From Vicugna vicugna (Eukaryota), in contig MU058423.1 in the NCBI GenBank assembly GCA_013265495.1, positions 5,130,793 to 5,184,629 of the forward strand: DNA of 53,837 nucleotides, in the 5' to 3' direction. Positions 34,610 to 47,600 of the stretch are shown piece after piece; within the stretch, counting starts at the first letter, position 1, and each line of letters begins with the position of its first letter. The position numbers and the translations under genes were made by a program. The notes under the pieces are model-generated. The model saw nothing but the letters and a program-made list of their open reading frames with translations, had not been told where the DNA came from and did no database searches.

Positions 34610-35428
34610 TGTGATATTGTGACTTATAATAATAAGTATATATTGGGCCTTCATCCTGGTGTGTGGTACAGAGCTCCTAAAACCCTTGGAATTTCCTAAG
34701 TGATGAGAACAAAATGTGTCTTTTGTTACGTTAATGAGATGATTTCTGGAAAGCACCTAAGTCTGGAGGCTGGCTGTTCTTCCCAATCGAGTCAACTGCA
34801 TGATTAGAGGTTTGGAAATTTCAGTCCTGCCCTTCTGACCTGTGGGCGCAGGGACGGGGCAGGGTGGTGGGGGTGTTGAGGTTGGGTCAATTGCCAATGG
34901 CCAATGATTTAATCAATCATTGTGCCACAAAGCCTCCATAAAAACCCAAAAGGATCGGGAATCTGAGAGCTTCTGCGCTGGTGAACAAGTGGAGATTTAA
35001 TATGAGTGGTGAACTCAGAGCACGGGAGCTCCACACTCTTCCCCATGCCATGATCTATCCATCTCTTCCATCTGGATGTTCCTGAGTTACATCCTCATAT
35101 AACAAACCTGTGATCTAGTGAGTGAAATGTTTCTCTGAGTTCTGTGAGCCACTCTAGCCAATTAATAGAACCTGAGGAGATGGTTGTGAGAACCTCAGAT
35201 TTACCGCTGGTGAGTCAGAAGCACAGGTAACAGCTTGGGCTTGCGACTGCTGTCTGAAGCCGCTGGGGAGGCGGGCAGTCTTGTAGGACTGAATGCTTAA
35301 CCTGTGGAATCTCATGTCACTTCCTGGTAAATAGTGTCACAATTGAGTTGAATGGTGTCATGGTGCTGCTTGTTGTATGTGTGGAAATTCCACACACATG
35401 TTGATATTGGGTCCAGGAACCCAAACTA
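34610..35428 (+). mobile_element. MER21-family solo LTR
   Basis: tgtgatattgtga...cagagctcctaaaacccttggaatttcct, ccaatggccaatgatttaatcaatcat, tttctctgagttctgtgagccactctagc; candidate TSD AAGGA/AAGGG. Confidence 0.9.
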
Positions 35429-36299
35429 AAGGGTAAAATAATACTTCTTAGACACTTTTAAAATAATTCAAAGATAAAACTTGAGAACAAGCAGAAATGG
35501 AATGTAAATTAATGAATGAATTGCATTACATTCTCCTTGCTTTCTACCCATTCAGAAAGAGAAAAGAGCACAATCTGCTGTTAACTCTTCAGTTCTAATC
35601 ACTGTTTTAACCTCCAGTATATAAACAGGATATTCCAGATTATTTCCTCAAATTTCATAACACAAAATATTTTAAAACTCTTCAAAAATGTATGGAGCTT
35701 TTATTTATTATGAATTGAACAGCATTCTTACCAAACACTGAATTTTTAGGGGCCAGTTGATATGTGAGTCACCCTGCATGTATCCTTCAATTTAATCAAC
35801 AATTACCAAAAAAGTGGTAACATTGTGGATTTTAAAATTAGTTGCAATGATTCAACCCAAGGCATCCTACCAACTACCTTTGACCCCTAAGGAAGACCAA
35901 ACATCCATTTATAGTCCAATCATTTGTAGTACAAAGGTAGAATTAGATAGTGTATTGTTTTGATGGTCATACAGCTCACTCTGCCCTGCATAGTTCTAGT
36001 TCTACTTGTTAATACCATCCTTCTTTCAGTCTCAGCCGTGGTCCATTTTGAATGCTAAATCATATGGAAAATATGATTCCTCGAAAGTTGATATGTGCAT
36101 TTCAGGAAATACTTAAAATTTTTTTTGTATGGAGAATACAGTAGCTAAAAGAAATTGAAAAGAAATGAATACATACAGGAGCTGAAACAAATATGCTCCT
36201 AGAGAAAAATATGCTGAAAATATAGAAAATAATTGGTGGGTCAAAATCAACAAACGGCTAAGAAGAAACAGAATTCAGGAAAAATCACTCAAAGCAATA

Positions 36300-36930
36300 A
36301 CATGTCTGAGATGGGTGGAAAGAAGTAAAAATAGGTACTTCACGGATAATCATGAGGTGCAAGTCATTAAGTTGAAGATTCTCCTACATGATGATTTCAC
36401 TGCTCTATATGCTGTAGGAGATAATGTCAGTTCTTGAAAATAATTGATCTAAAGGGACAGTAGGATACTTAGAAGCAAGTTAAGTTTTTGTATAGCAAGC
36501 TTAGGTAACAGAAAATGGAGCTGAGCCAAGACAAATTAAAATAAGGATATTGAGGATCTATTTGAAATTTAATACCACATATATTTGTAGTTGCAACAAA
36601 CAACATGTACAGTTTTGTGGTTTTTTGCAGTCATACTTGTCAACTGTGTAGGTATAGTGAAGTGAAATGTTTAGATTGATCCTGGATTGCAGACACAAAA
36701 GGACAGAGGATGGAAGACTTTGAGAAATCTCACCAGAGAGTAACTGACAAGTTACACCCTCAATTCATGGTTAGATAAGAAAGAACGTGAAAACAGGAGG
36801 GAGGGTACTTATAACAAGAGGAAAAGCATAGTAAGATGATGAGAGCAGAGAGCAGTTGAAGTTGAAACAAGGGAGGTAGTAGAGCAGTTAAGACAGGAAA
36901 TTGTCATCACACGGGAGAAAGTACGGGTGT
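36300..36930 (-). mobile_element. Probable L2 internal fragment
   Basis: Purine-rich tract with antisense L2-like motifs (gtgaaatgtttagattgatcctggattgcag); heavily decayed. Confidence 0.45.
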
Positions 36931-37399
36931 GACATCAAATAATCCCTATTCAAAACAATGCCCAGTTATGGCCCTTGTACTTGTCATAATAATTGGGTGC
37001 TGAAGTGTGTAGCCTTTAATAATCTTTATAATTCTGATATTATTTTAGAATTGTATTCTCTGCAGGGGATAAAGAGGTATTTGAGCTACAAAGTTATGTG
37101 AGAAATGTTTGTAGACCCTGGAGAATTCTTCTCCTTAAGTTATAATAGAAAACACCTGTGTTTGTATTATTCCTCATGGCATGAAGGTTGGCCCAGGTAT
37201 ACACCCCAACTCCAGAGTTCCTACACTTTCTGTTGTGGTTGGAGTCTTTCCTGGTTGGTTGATGATGTATAATTGGGCATTTTTTTTCCCCCTGAAAAGT
37301 GGCCACACATCTAAACTAAGAACAGGACAACCTGAACTTCATCATCACATTTAGTCATTTTACATCTGCGCACGTTCTCTCTCTGACATCACTTTTATG

Positions 37400-37660
37400 T
37401 CCATCCATTACCATCAATCCAAGCTCCTACTCTATTCTAATGATTACCCAATTTCTCCCTCTTCCTCTGATTGCATTTTCTTTGAATTCTTTAATTATCA
37501 TTTCCACCACTCATTTTGCTTCTTCACTTTGTATTTTCTATAGAGTTATTGTTTCTTTTTCTCAGTGTGCTTTATTATTCCTGGAGATAAAGGACTCCTA
37601 CTTATTTGTGTAGCACCTATCCGAGAAGATTATTAATAAATGCTGTTAGAATTGAACTGT
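37400..37660 (+). mobile_element. L2 3' tail
   Basis: tcctggagataaaggact...gtagcaccta...taataaatgctgttagaattgaactg. Confidence 0.7.
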
Positions 37661-39774
37661 CTTTTCAAGAGGATTCTTCAGTAAGTTGGGGGATGGGGGA
37701 TGTACAGGGAAGTAAGGCTGCATCTTTAGTGACTACCTTGGTCACCATCCCTTCATCATCTCCTGTCTTATTCTAGCAGTTGTATAGATTATTTATCTGC
37801 ATTGACATTCTATGAAGACAACAGGGAGGAATTCATTATGTTTTCAAGGCAGCACATAGTACTAAATGTGGTTACGGGTCACCAGTTTTTCCATTATTCT
37901 TGGGAGCTCTTAATTGCACACACTATTAGTATTGTTTCTTTTCAGGCAACAGAAAAATGAGTCTTCATAAATGTTAAGTACATCAGGCCATAAACGTGCA
38001 AATTGTATATGCTGCTTAATGTAGTGTTGCTGATGTAGCCCAACTGGGTTTCTGACAAACACATCTCTTACTCACTAACGAGGCTGGAGGAGTCCGTGAC
38101 TGTGGTTTCTGAGTCCTCCTTCTGCCCTTACTGTATGAATAGGGTCATGGCCTTAATGAGGTTTCTTTCTTCCAAAACAAAAACCTGGATTTCCAACAAA
38201 TAAAGCGCAAAAGGATATGTTTTTACATATTTTTACACACAATTTCACTGAATTAAAACTTCTATAGTTTTTTATTGGAAAGTTAATAGCAATTTGAAAA
38301 AAGATTGAAAACTGTTAATATGCATTCATGAGCAGCTAGTTTATAATTAGTGATAATTCCTATTCATCTGAGTCTCTTATGGATGTTCATCAAATAACAA
38401 CTTAATTGTAAAATCCACCAGGAATGCTGTTAATATTAAACAGCCAAGATAACGGTGTTTCAAGAAAGATGTTTTTACTCACATCATAATTACCACCAAT
38501 CTCACTAAATATATAGCTATATGCATTTCCAATAACATTGTTATTTTCCTAAAGAAACTAAGGGCAAGGGGATATAAAGTCATAATAAATATTTTAAAAC
38601 ATAGTATCTAAAATCTAAGTTCTGTTTGAAACCTGTGACTAAACTAGATTTATCCATGCACCTGACACTCCGTAAATACGTACTGCCTTGCTGACTGACC
38701 ACAGCACTTGGGATAAATCTTAAGTATGTCTAGAAGCAGCTGGTTATAAAAATATAGATAAATTACTGAAATGTCTGAAGGTTAAACTCATTTTCCAATA
38801 AAATGGAAAGGGTTCATATAAAAAGTAAAATAAGTGATAATTTAAAGTCATTTCTTTGCTTTCCAAGAACTATGGAATTTCAATGAAAAAACTGGAGAGA
38901 GATTTCAGGTGAAAAAATGAGAATGCCACTGTGGTTTCTAAAAGGTGGAATTTCTTCTTTAGAACACACTCCTTTTTCATTTGGGAGAAAATATTTGTCT
39001 GCTTTTAGTTACAAAATATGCCTTCTGCCATTTATTTTAAAAGGTATTGAGTGCCCCACTTTTCAATCTCAACCATAGAAACTGCTGGAAATAATTATTG
39101 TGATGGAAATATTTTCTTTTCTCAAAAACAAACTCACTGAATGCATGCCCTATTTATTAATGAGGGATTACAAATTCTTTACAGATATAAATTTACTTCA
39201 TGAGTAGAAAAAGTGTTTTGATGCTCACATAATAATACAGTACAACATTCACAGTAGCTAGTGAAATGATTTGAATGATAGAGCTACATGCAATTTTGTC
39301 GAAAGGATTTTAATTTACAGCAAGCTTAGGCCTAAATCATAATTTGATAATAAATATGATGTGGCATTGCAAGTATTTATGGATGTTTCCACATTTTCAT
39401 CTAATTTAAATAAATCTAAGTGTGTAGCAAATTATTTCTACCGTACATTGATTGCAATGGGTACAAATTTAGAAGTTAGATGTTCAATATTGAGGGGGAA
39501 TTTTAAATGAACCTAAATATCTAAGAGTAAGCTATTCCTTGGGATGTGCCAAATGTTATTTCAACCAGATTTTCGTGCTAAGCAACTTGTTTTCAACCAA
39601 ATTGCTCCAACCCAGCAATACGCAAAGTGCTATGACTAGAGCTTAATAAATATTAATAATGCTGCTATCTCACTCGATCGTGGTTGAAACAGTGGGTCTC
39701 ATACTGTGAGATGAGAAAAATGAGAAGCTTACAATTCACCTCTAGGACAGTGACAGGAAGATTACCTTGTGAGG

Positions 39775-39957
39775 GCGTGTGAAACAGCGAAAGCATACTG
39801 GAAACCAGGAGGCTTGTGTGCTGGACCACATTTTGCCACTACTACTAATGTGTCCTTAGAAAAATCATCTTTCTTCTTGGGATCTCAGTTTTCTCATCTT
39901 TCATACATGGGGGTTATTAGACGATCTCTGATCTTTTTCTTGACTTTTATATTGTGT
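39775..39957 (+). mobile_element. MIR3/MIRc SINE
   Basis: gaaagcatactggaaaccaggaggcttg...tttgccactactac...tctcagttttctcatct...ttagacgatctct. Confidence 0.8.
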
Positions 39958-40944
39958 AGTGATCAAAATGTGGAATTAACTGACTGTAACGTATATTATA
40001 TACTTTATTTCCTAGCTCTAGACTAGGAGATGTCAATAATGCATAATTCAACATATTGGCCTTAATGATAGACTTTAAGCCAAGAAAAGAATACAGAATC
40101 TATTCTTCTGCATCATACCCTGATTTCACTTTTAACTGCTTTAAACACGTATGACAATTTACAACTTCTTGGGTACTCTCTCTTCCTCACCTTCTAAATT
40201 TTCAGTTGTAGAAATGACAAACGTTAAAATGAAAGTTGAATTCATTTTTATTCAAATATTTTCAAACTGATTTCCTGGAAAACTTTAATGTTTTAATGTT
40301 TAATAGTCTGCCACTCTTATCTATGGTTCGCCCACCAGCACAGATTTTAGGCGAAGCCCAGCTGCTGAATTGTAGCTGTCGTGTTTTCAAAAAGCCATAT
40401 GAGCTAGAAAGGGCAACTAAGATATTTTAGGTTAGTAAGCAAGAAAGAACTAATGGGAAAAGAAGAATTAACTTTTATTTTCTTAAAAGGCCATTAGCAA
40501 TTTATTTCTGAGTCTCTCTCTAGTTAAGAGAAGAGCCATGATAGATCAAAATATTTTCACTTACAATCTAATTGTCTTGATTCTTTCCCATAACCTCTAT
40601 AACTGTTCTAAGGAAAAAGTTAGCACAAAAAATAGGGTAGTATATTATTTTATAAAGATTGAACATACAAAGAGTTCATATGCAATTGAAGATAAATTGA
40701 TATATATTTAGAGGCAATGGCTTTTTAATAAGTATACGTAGGTCTCCATATTTAATTGTTTTCCCCAGCTAAAAAATATTTAGCTTCTCTAGGTTAGTCA
40801 TAGGAATGCAGCTGAAATATATAAGCATATCTTAATAATAACTAATATTTAGGGCCTAATAAATAGCAGATTCCAAAAGTAAGTCCATAACTAGGACAGC
40901 CAGAGTCTGTGCACATATAGAAATAAGGATTCTTCTTCCACACG

Positions 40945-41400
40945 AGTGATCTATTCAGCACATTTTTGGTTTCTGACATAAGTACCTCTTTGTCAAATGT
41001 CCCCCAATCTCAATTCTTCCCCAAAGACTCACTTTCAATTTACATCTAATGATAATGTTTTAGACAGTTACCTGATCTGAGGATATTTTCTGATCTATAG
41101 TCATTTCTCTGGGAATTTAGAACTGTGACTAAGAAATTTAAAGTATGTGCTTGACTTTTAAAGAGAGAAGATATTAAAAGAGTGGACTATCATTATGCAC
41201 GCTTTGAAGCAAAAAAAGCAAGTGCACAGAGTTAAAGAATGAAGGAGATGCTGAGAGAGGAGCTGAAGTGAGAGATGGAAAGACTGTCCCTCCTTTGGTT
41301 TCATGTACTCTCTCTGCTTTCACATAATAAGCTTGATTACCTTTTGTTTAAGCTAATTTCAGTGGGTTTCTTTGACTTATAAACAATCCTCCTTAATACA
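40945..41400 (+). mobile_element. ERVL solo LTR (LTR16-like)
   Basis: tttctctgggaattt...3' end ttttgtttaagctaatttcagtgggtttctttgacttataaac...cttaataca. Confidence 0.65.
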
Positions 41401-42356
41401 TGGAGGTTTCTGACTAAAATTAATAATGGCGATTTGTTACTGTATTCCATTGGAATAGAGTTACTTAGAAGATCCAAGCACTGGGGGAAACAGTTAGTTC
41501 AAACTCCTTTACCCCATAGACTAATTAACTAAGGCAGGTTTTAAAAGGAGTCTAATTGGGTAATCCTATGCAGAACAAAAGAAGTAATCAGTTTCACTTT
41601 TGGTCCCCAAAGTAGAACACTCTTTCGGCCCATGTCTCTTCCCTCAGTGGATATTATAAGAATGCCTCTTTTGGACCATGGTTTGGATAGAAATGGTCCA
41701 CAATTTTAATTTGCTTTTCACAGAGGAAGCAAAAGGAGTTGACTTATTCTCAAAACATCATTCAAACAACTAAGATATGCACTACAATCTGCCAAGCCAG
41801 TTACTGAAAGACTGTTAGGATTTCTCCCCAATCCTTTTTCCTGAAAAGTTTTGAATAGTCCATGCCACAAAAAGTTACTACATCAGAAGCAATAGATTAC
41901 TCCTCACATATTTATAAAGGCAAAAATCTATATTGCTTTAATTTGTTTAATGAGACAATCACTGAATATACTAAGTACTACTAGATATTAGTAGTGTCAG
42001 TAGTTAGAGTGCTGTGACATTGATATTTCACTTGTTTATTTTCAACATTCTTCTAGTGAAAAAAGGGGGCATTACTTTCTTATCTCTAAAAGCAGAGTTT
42101 TAAGAAATTCTTAATTGGATAACCACTAACAGAACAAAAATACATTTATGGCTTCTGAACTGTATAGAGAAACAAAGCAGTTAAAATAAATCGGTTAATA
42201 CAACCTAAAATTGGAAGAAAAATAAGCAAAGAAAAAAATGACTCAGAATATAATGTCAAAAATAACTATTTATGTATATATACATGTATATATGTATGCA
42301 AGTGTGTGAGTACAAAATCACTAATTACAATAAATGTGAATGGAATAAATTCAGTT

Positions 42357-42581
42357 AATAGTAACAGCTAACACTTACCAAGCACTTTACACAAACTAGC
42401 TACTGTTATAAAGGCTTCACATATATTAAATATTTTACTTCTGCAAGCAAACCCATAAGTACTGTAATTATTCTCATTTCACAAAAAAGGAAGTCATAAC
42501 CTAGATAATTTAAGTAAACTGGTCCAAGGTCATGAAACTGAATCCAGGGAACGCTTTTTGATGACCATGTTATTCTGTCTT
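42357..42581 (-). mobile_element. MIR SINE inside the old L1
   Basis: aacagctaacacttaccaagcactt...attattctcatttcaca...taagtaaactggtccaaggtca. Confidence 0.85.
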
Positions 42582-42621
42582 ATTAAAAGAAAGATAAAAG
42601 GCTAGATAAAAACAATATTTA

Positions 42622-43233
42622 CAGGCAGAAGACCTAAACAAGCAGTTCTCCAAGGAGGACATACAAATGATCAAAAGGCACATGAAAAAATGCTCAATAT
42701 CACTAATTATCAGAGAAATGCAAATCAAAACTACAATGAGGTATCACCTCACACCAGTCAGAATGGCCATCATTCAAAAATCCACAAATGATAAATGCTG
42801 GAGAGGCTGTGGAGAAAGGGGAACCCTCCTACACTGCTGGTGGGAATGCAGTTTGGTGCAGCCACTATGGAAAACAGTGTGGAGATTCCTCAAAAGACTA
42901 GGAATAGACTTACTGTATTACCCAGGAATCCCACTCCTGGGCTTGTATTCAGAAGGAACTCTACTTCAGGATGACATCTGCACCACAATGTTCATAGCAG
43001 CACTATTTACAATAGCCAAAACATGGAAACAGCCTAAATGTCCATCAACAGGTGACTGGATAAAGAAGAAGTGGTATATTTATACAATGGAATACTACTC
43101 AGCCATAAAAACCGACAACATAACGCCATTTGCAGCAACATGGATGCTCCTGGAGAACCTGGAGAATTATAAGCGAAGTAAGCCAGAAAGAGAAAGAAAA
43201 ATACCATATGAGATCGCTCATATGTGGAATCTA

Positions 43234-43264
<31 letters not shown>

Positions 43265-43549
43265 GCGTAAATACAGGACAGAAATAGACTCACAGACAGA
43301 GAATACAGACTTGTGGTTGCCAGGGGGGCAGAGGGTGGAAAGGCATAGACTGGGATTTCAAAACTGTAGAATAGATAAACAAGATTATACTGTATAGCAC
43401 AGGGAAATATACACAAAACGTTATGGTAGCTCACAGAGAAAAAAATGTGACAATGAGTGTGTATATGTCCATGTATGCCTGAAAAACTGTGCTGAACACT
43501 GGAATGTGACACAACATTGTAAAATGATTATAAATCAACAAATGTTAAA
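42622..43549 (+). mobile_element. Young 5'-truncated camelid-type L1 (ORF2 C-terminus plus 3' UTR)
   Basis: ORF 42667-43287 is the L1 ORF2p C-terminus ([19 protein letters not shown]...HCWWEC...WKQPKCPS); perfect 14-bp TSD AAAAACAATATTTA at 42608-42621 and 43550-43563. Confidence 0.97.
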
Positions 43550-43563
43550 AAAAACAATATTTA

Positions 43564-44160
43564 TTGATGAATACTTAGGTTGTTTCCATATCTTGGTTAT
43601 TATGAATAATGCTGTAATAAACATAGGAGTATGGTATAGTTATACAATGGAATACTATTCAGCCACAAGAAAAAAAGGGAATTCTGCATTTGCAACAACA
43701 CAGATGGAGCCTGAGGATATTTGCCGAGTAAGATAAGTCAGAGAGAGGAAGACAAATGTTGTATAATATTTCTTAAATGTGATATCTAAAAAAAAACCAA
43801 AAAACTGAAATTGTAAAAGCAGAGAGTAAAATGGTTACCGAGGGTTGGGGCATGGGAGAATGGGAGAGATGTTGTTTAAGGGTAGATACTTGCAACCAGT
43901 ATATAAATAAGTACTGGAGATATAATATACAGTACAGCAATTATTGACAACAAAACTGTATTATCAACATTACACTTGCTAAGAGACTAGATTTTAATTG
44001 TTCCCAAGACAAGAAGAAATAACAATTATGTGAAGAAATACAGGCATTAGCTAATGCTACTCTGGCAATCATACTGCAATATGAAGATATCAAATCAATC
44101 CGTTGTACACCTTAATCTTACCCAATGTTGTATGTCAAGTATAACTCAAGTAAAACAAAC
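43564..44160 (+). mobile_element. L1MA9-like 3' fragment with a short inverted 5' piece (~43560-43630)
   Basis: Antisense ttaggttgtttccatatcttgg followed by sense tacaatggaatactattcagcc...ttgctaagagactagatttt...tgtacaccttaa. Confidence 0.88.
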
Positions 44161-44309
44161 AGACAAGCAGCAAGGCGCTCTTTAAAAGATACACATAAAA
44201 CAAAATTACCTAGAATATATCAAAGTAAGAAATGGAAGGAAACACACCTAGTGAATACTAACAGAAATTTGCTTCAGCAGATTTAGCAGACTTTAGTAGT
44301 TTTTCAGTA

Positions 44310-44680
44310 CCAATTGGATTAAAACTCAAATTTAATTCTCTGCAAGTCTTGCCTCTTGTAACACCGTTTTATTCCACACTTTCCATTGCTCACTCTAGCC
44401 AGGTAGCCTTTCCATTACTGGACTTCTCCTTTCAGCCTCCCTTCCCCAGAACTTTGCAGTTACTTCCTGAAATGCTGTCTGCCCAGTAACAGACGTGATT
44501 TGATCTATCAAGTACCTTCAGGATTCTATTCCAAAGTCATCGCCTCAAAGAGGCTTGCCATCACACAGTATCTCTTTACATAGCTTTATTTTTCCTTAGA
44601 TGTCACTACCCAATTATCACAAAATAATCAGCTTTAATTTTTGCTGTCTGTTTATCCCAATAAAATGTAAGTTAATATAA
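44310..44680 (+). mobile_element. L2 3' fragment inside the old L1
   Basis: ctcactctagcca...gaactttgcagttacttcctgaaatgct...ccttcaggattcta...taaaatgtaag. Confidence 0.7.
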
Positions 44681-47600
44681 GTTAACCCTCCTTTTTAAAT
44701 ATTATATTTGCATAAATATATGAAAAAGAGGAATGTTTATAATAGCAAAAAGAACAATATACTAAAATGTTATTAAAATTACTACCAGAAATATTTTAAA
44801 ATAATGGAGAAATTGGCAAATCCATAATCACAGTGGGAGATTCTCACACATCTGTCTCAGAGACTGATAAAGCAGTTTAAAATGAATAAAGTGGTAGAAC
44901 ATTTATACAAAAAAATCAAATAAAATGATTTGTTAGATACAGATTTACAATTTTAGTGAGATAATATGACCCAAATAGAAAATTTTAAAAAACTAATTTT
45001 ATGTCTGTGTGTGAATACATTGATATACAGACAGATTGATGCTATACCTGAAAAATAGAGGATACACATTCTCTTCATGTATTTTTAATAGATCACAAAC
45101 TATTTTTGAACAAAAAACCTAAAATGGATCATTTTATGCAAATTTCACTGGAGTGTAATTCAATAAAATTATTAATTACCAGTAAAAGAATATACACACT
45201 TCTGTATTGATACCCTTAGATATTAAGGACACACATTTTGTATACTTTTTAATTCACAAAGCTGCACCTCACTACTATTGTGGTACATGTCCTACATTGC
45301 TATTTAATCAAATTTCTACTTGTATTTCTGCCACATGTGGGATATAGATTCCAGTACAGTGGAACTGTTACTTTTAGCCAACAATGGTGGTTGTTTCATT
45401 TAAATGTTCTTTATCCTAATTATGGTATTTGTGTCCTGAACAATTACTGGTTAAAAAACACAATATATGAATAAATGACACACTAATAAAAAATCTGATT
45501 TATTCTGGAGACAAAATATCGTAGGAGAAATCAAATTGCAGCACGTCTCCTTGAAGTAATACAGTTCTTGTGAAATCTCCTAAGTATGTTTATTTTCACG
45601 CCCCTCAGGAAACTTGCAGAGTAGAAAGAAGTGCATCAGGAATAAAAATGACACCTATTTTAATAAGAACGTCTCTGCTAGTGCTGCCCTCTTAACACAA
45701 GAAGATAGATGAGGTACTGAGATCTAACTTTATTATTTTCTAATCAATATTTTCAGTTAGTAAAATGGAATTGAGGAATAAAAAGTAACTCTTAGGTTGC
45801 AACTATTTCTCATCTCAGAGCCTCCCTTGCCCTGTTAATTGGACAACAAAATAATCTACTAACTCTTTTTCTCTTCTGTCTTTTAACAGCTTAAAAAATA
45901 CCATACCTTATGATCTGATCAATAATTTAAAAATCATCTAAGCAACATAATGTTGAAGTGAATATTATTCTGAAATCAATACCTGATATAGATGAATAAC
46001 GTAAAACAAACAGTTTTCTTTTTGGGTGAAGCTTAGCAATCACTGTAGATTCACTGTAGCTTTCAGTAGAGAAAAAATAAATCTAATAAGGGGTGATTTG
46101 TGATTGTTTAACCAATTACTAACCTTTTTGTGGAAGGGGTTTCCCCACTGATCCTGTCAATGAACGTTAATGACTCCATGGACACACACATACACACACA
46201 CAATCTCAGGCTTTTTCAGTCTGTGATGCAATCAAGACCATTAGGGCCCTTGTTAGATGAGAGCCTCATGTCAGTAAGATGTGCCTCTGTTGTCTTAATA
46301 ATTGCCTCAAAAATAATAAACAGTAGTTACTAGCTTTACCACTAATTCTTAATAGTTAAGATTTCCTAACGAGAACATTCAAATGATCATGTCTAACGTA
46401 AAAAGAGAGCTAATTTGTAAACCTGGCTAGGTAGGTTTCAATCTGTAGAGAGCAAATTGCATTTCACAATTAGAGGGCATAGTGAAAAGAACGATAAACA
46501 TGATGATAATAAGAAAAAGATTAGGTGAATTGGAAAGTTTGAATTTAACAACGGAATCCATTTATCCTGTTGTATCTTTTATTTACAATGTAAAGTCTCA
46601 TGTTAAAATGAGCTTGGCAAAGGCTTGCTGATAAAAATCAAAGATACTGAACAAGAAAATACCAATTTGGGGAAACAATCACTGGTCTTTTATTTTGAGA
46701 GTTAAGTAAAGAATTGGAGAATTTAACCAATTTGGTGTGTGTGTATGTGTGTGTAGTATGTTCTAGTGTAGAGCAATATATTTTTATCTGTTTGCTTACT
46801 TTTAAGAATGCTTAAAATGATTCTTTGGAATGCGAAGTCATTGAAAATACATTTACATACAATGAGCCACCATTTTAAGATACACATTTTCTATTTTGAA
46901 ATTAATAGTGGTGGAAAATAACCGGAGTGGTTTCAATTTTGAATTTACCGAGTACTTAGTATATCCTCTATTATATGAGTTAACTGTTTTAACTGATACA
47001 ACAAATTTTATTATAGCTATAATAATTACTTCATGACCCTCAATTGAAATTTAAGGATTTACATATCTGGTCTTTGGTTATTATTGAAACTGATATCAGG
47101 ACTTATTTTTTTTTTCTTTCATTTTTTTTAGGACATTTTCTATAGAATTAACTCTCTCTCAATCCTTCCGCCTCTCATTGTTTTTGACAGCTGAAATATA
47201 TATCTCTTCTGAACATCCTGATTGTCTCCAGGATGGGTATGTTAGTTTTTAGATTTTAGGTTTTAAAAAAAATCTCATTAAGGATTACTTCTGATGGATA
47301 AAAAATCATGATTTTGAAAAAAAATAGAGTAAAAATATAAATTATTAGTGAGTTTTCAATTGCTAAAATAAGTAAATGCAATAAAATGTTTATTATTCCA
47401 TATAACAATCCAGACAGCACAGGAGGATATAGTAAAATCCGACCTGACAGCAATAAAGTATGACTGAACAAAACAGGTTAGTATTCTGAGAGTGAAAATG
47501 TTTATTCCCTTGGTAAAAAAAAAAAGATGGCATTTGTAATTTTTCAGTCTCAAACAATAATATCACATTCAGCATATTAATTAAGGAAAATCAAATCAGC

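Larger units (their letters stand above)
42200..45230 (+). mobile_element. Very old L1 (L1ME-like) ORF2 5' region, fragmented by later insertions
   Basis: Collinear endonuclease-region pieces: taattacaataaatgtgaatggaataaa (~42320), attaaaaga (~42583), aaagtaagaaatggaagg (~44222), ataatcacagtgggagattctcacaca (~44825), gatacacattctcttca (~45061). Confidence 0.7.

Noticed and set aside
42667..43287. 206-aa ORF as a host gene
   Set aside because: It is the L1 ORF2p C-terminus within a TSD-flanked truncated insertion.
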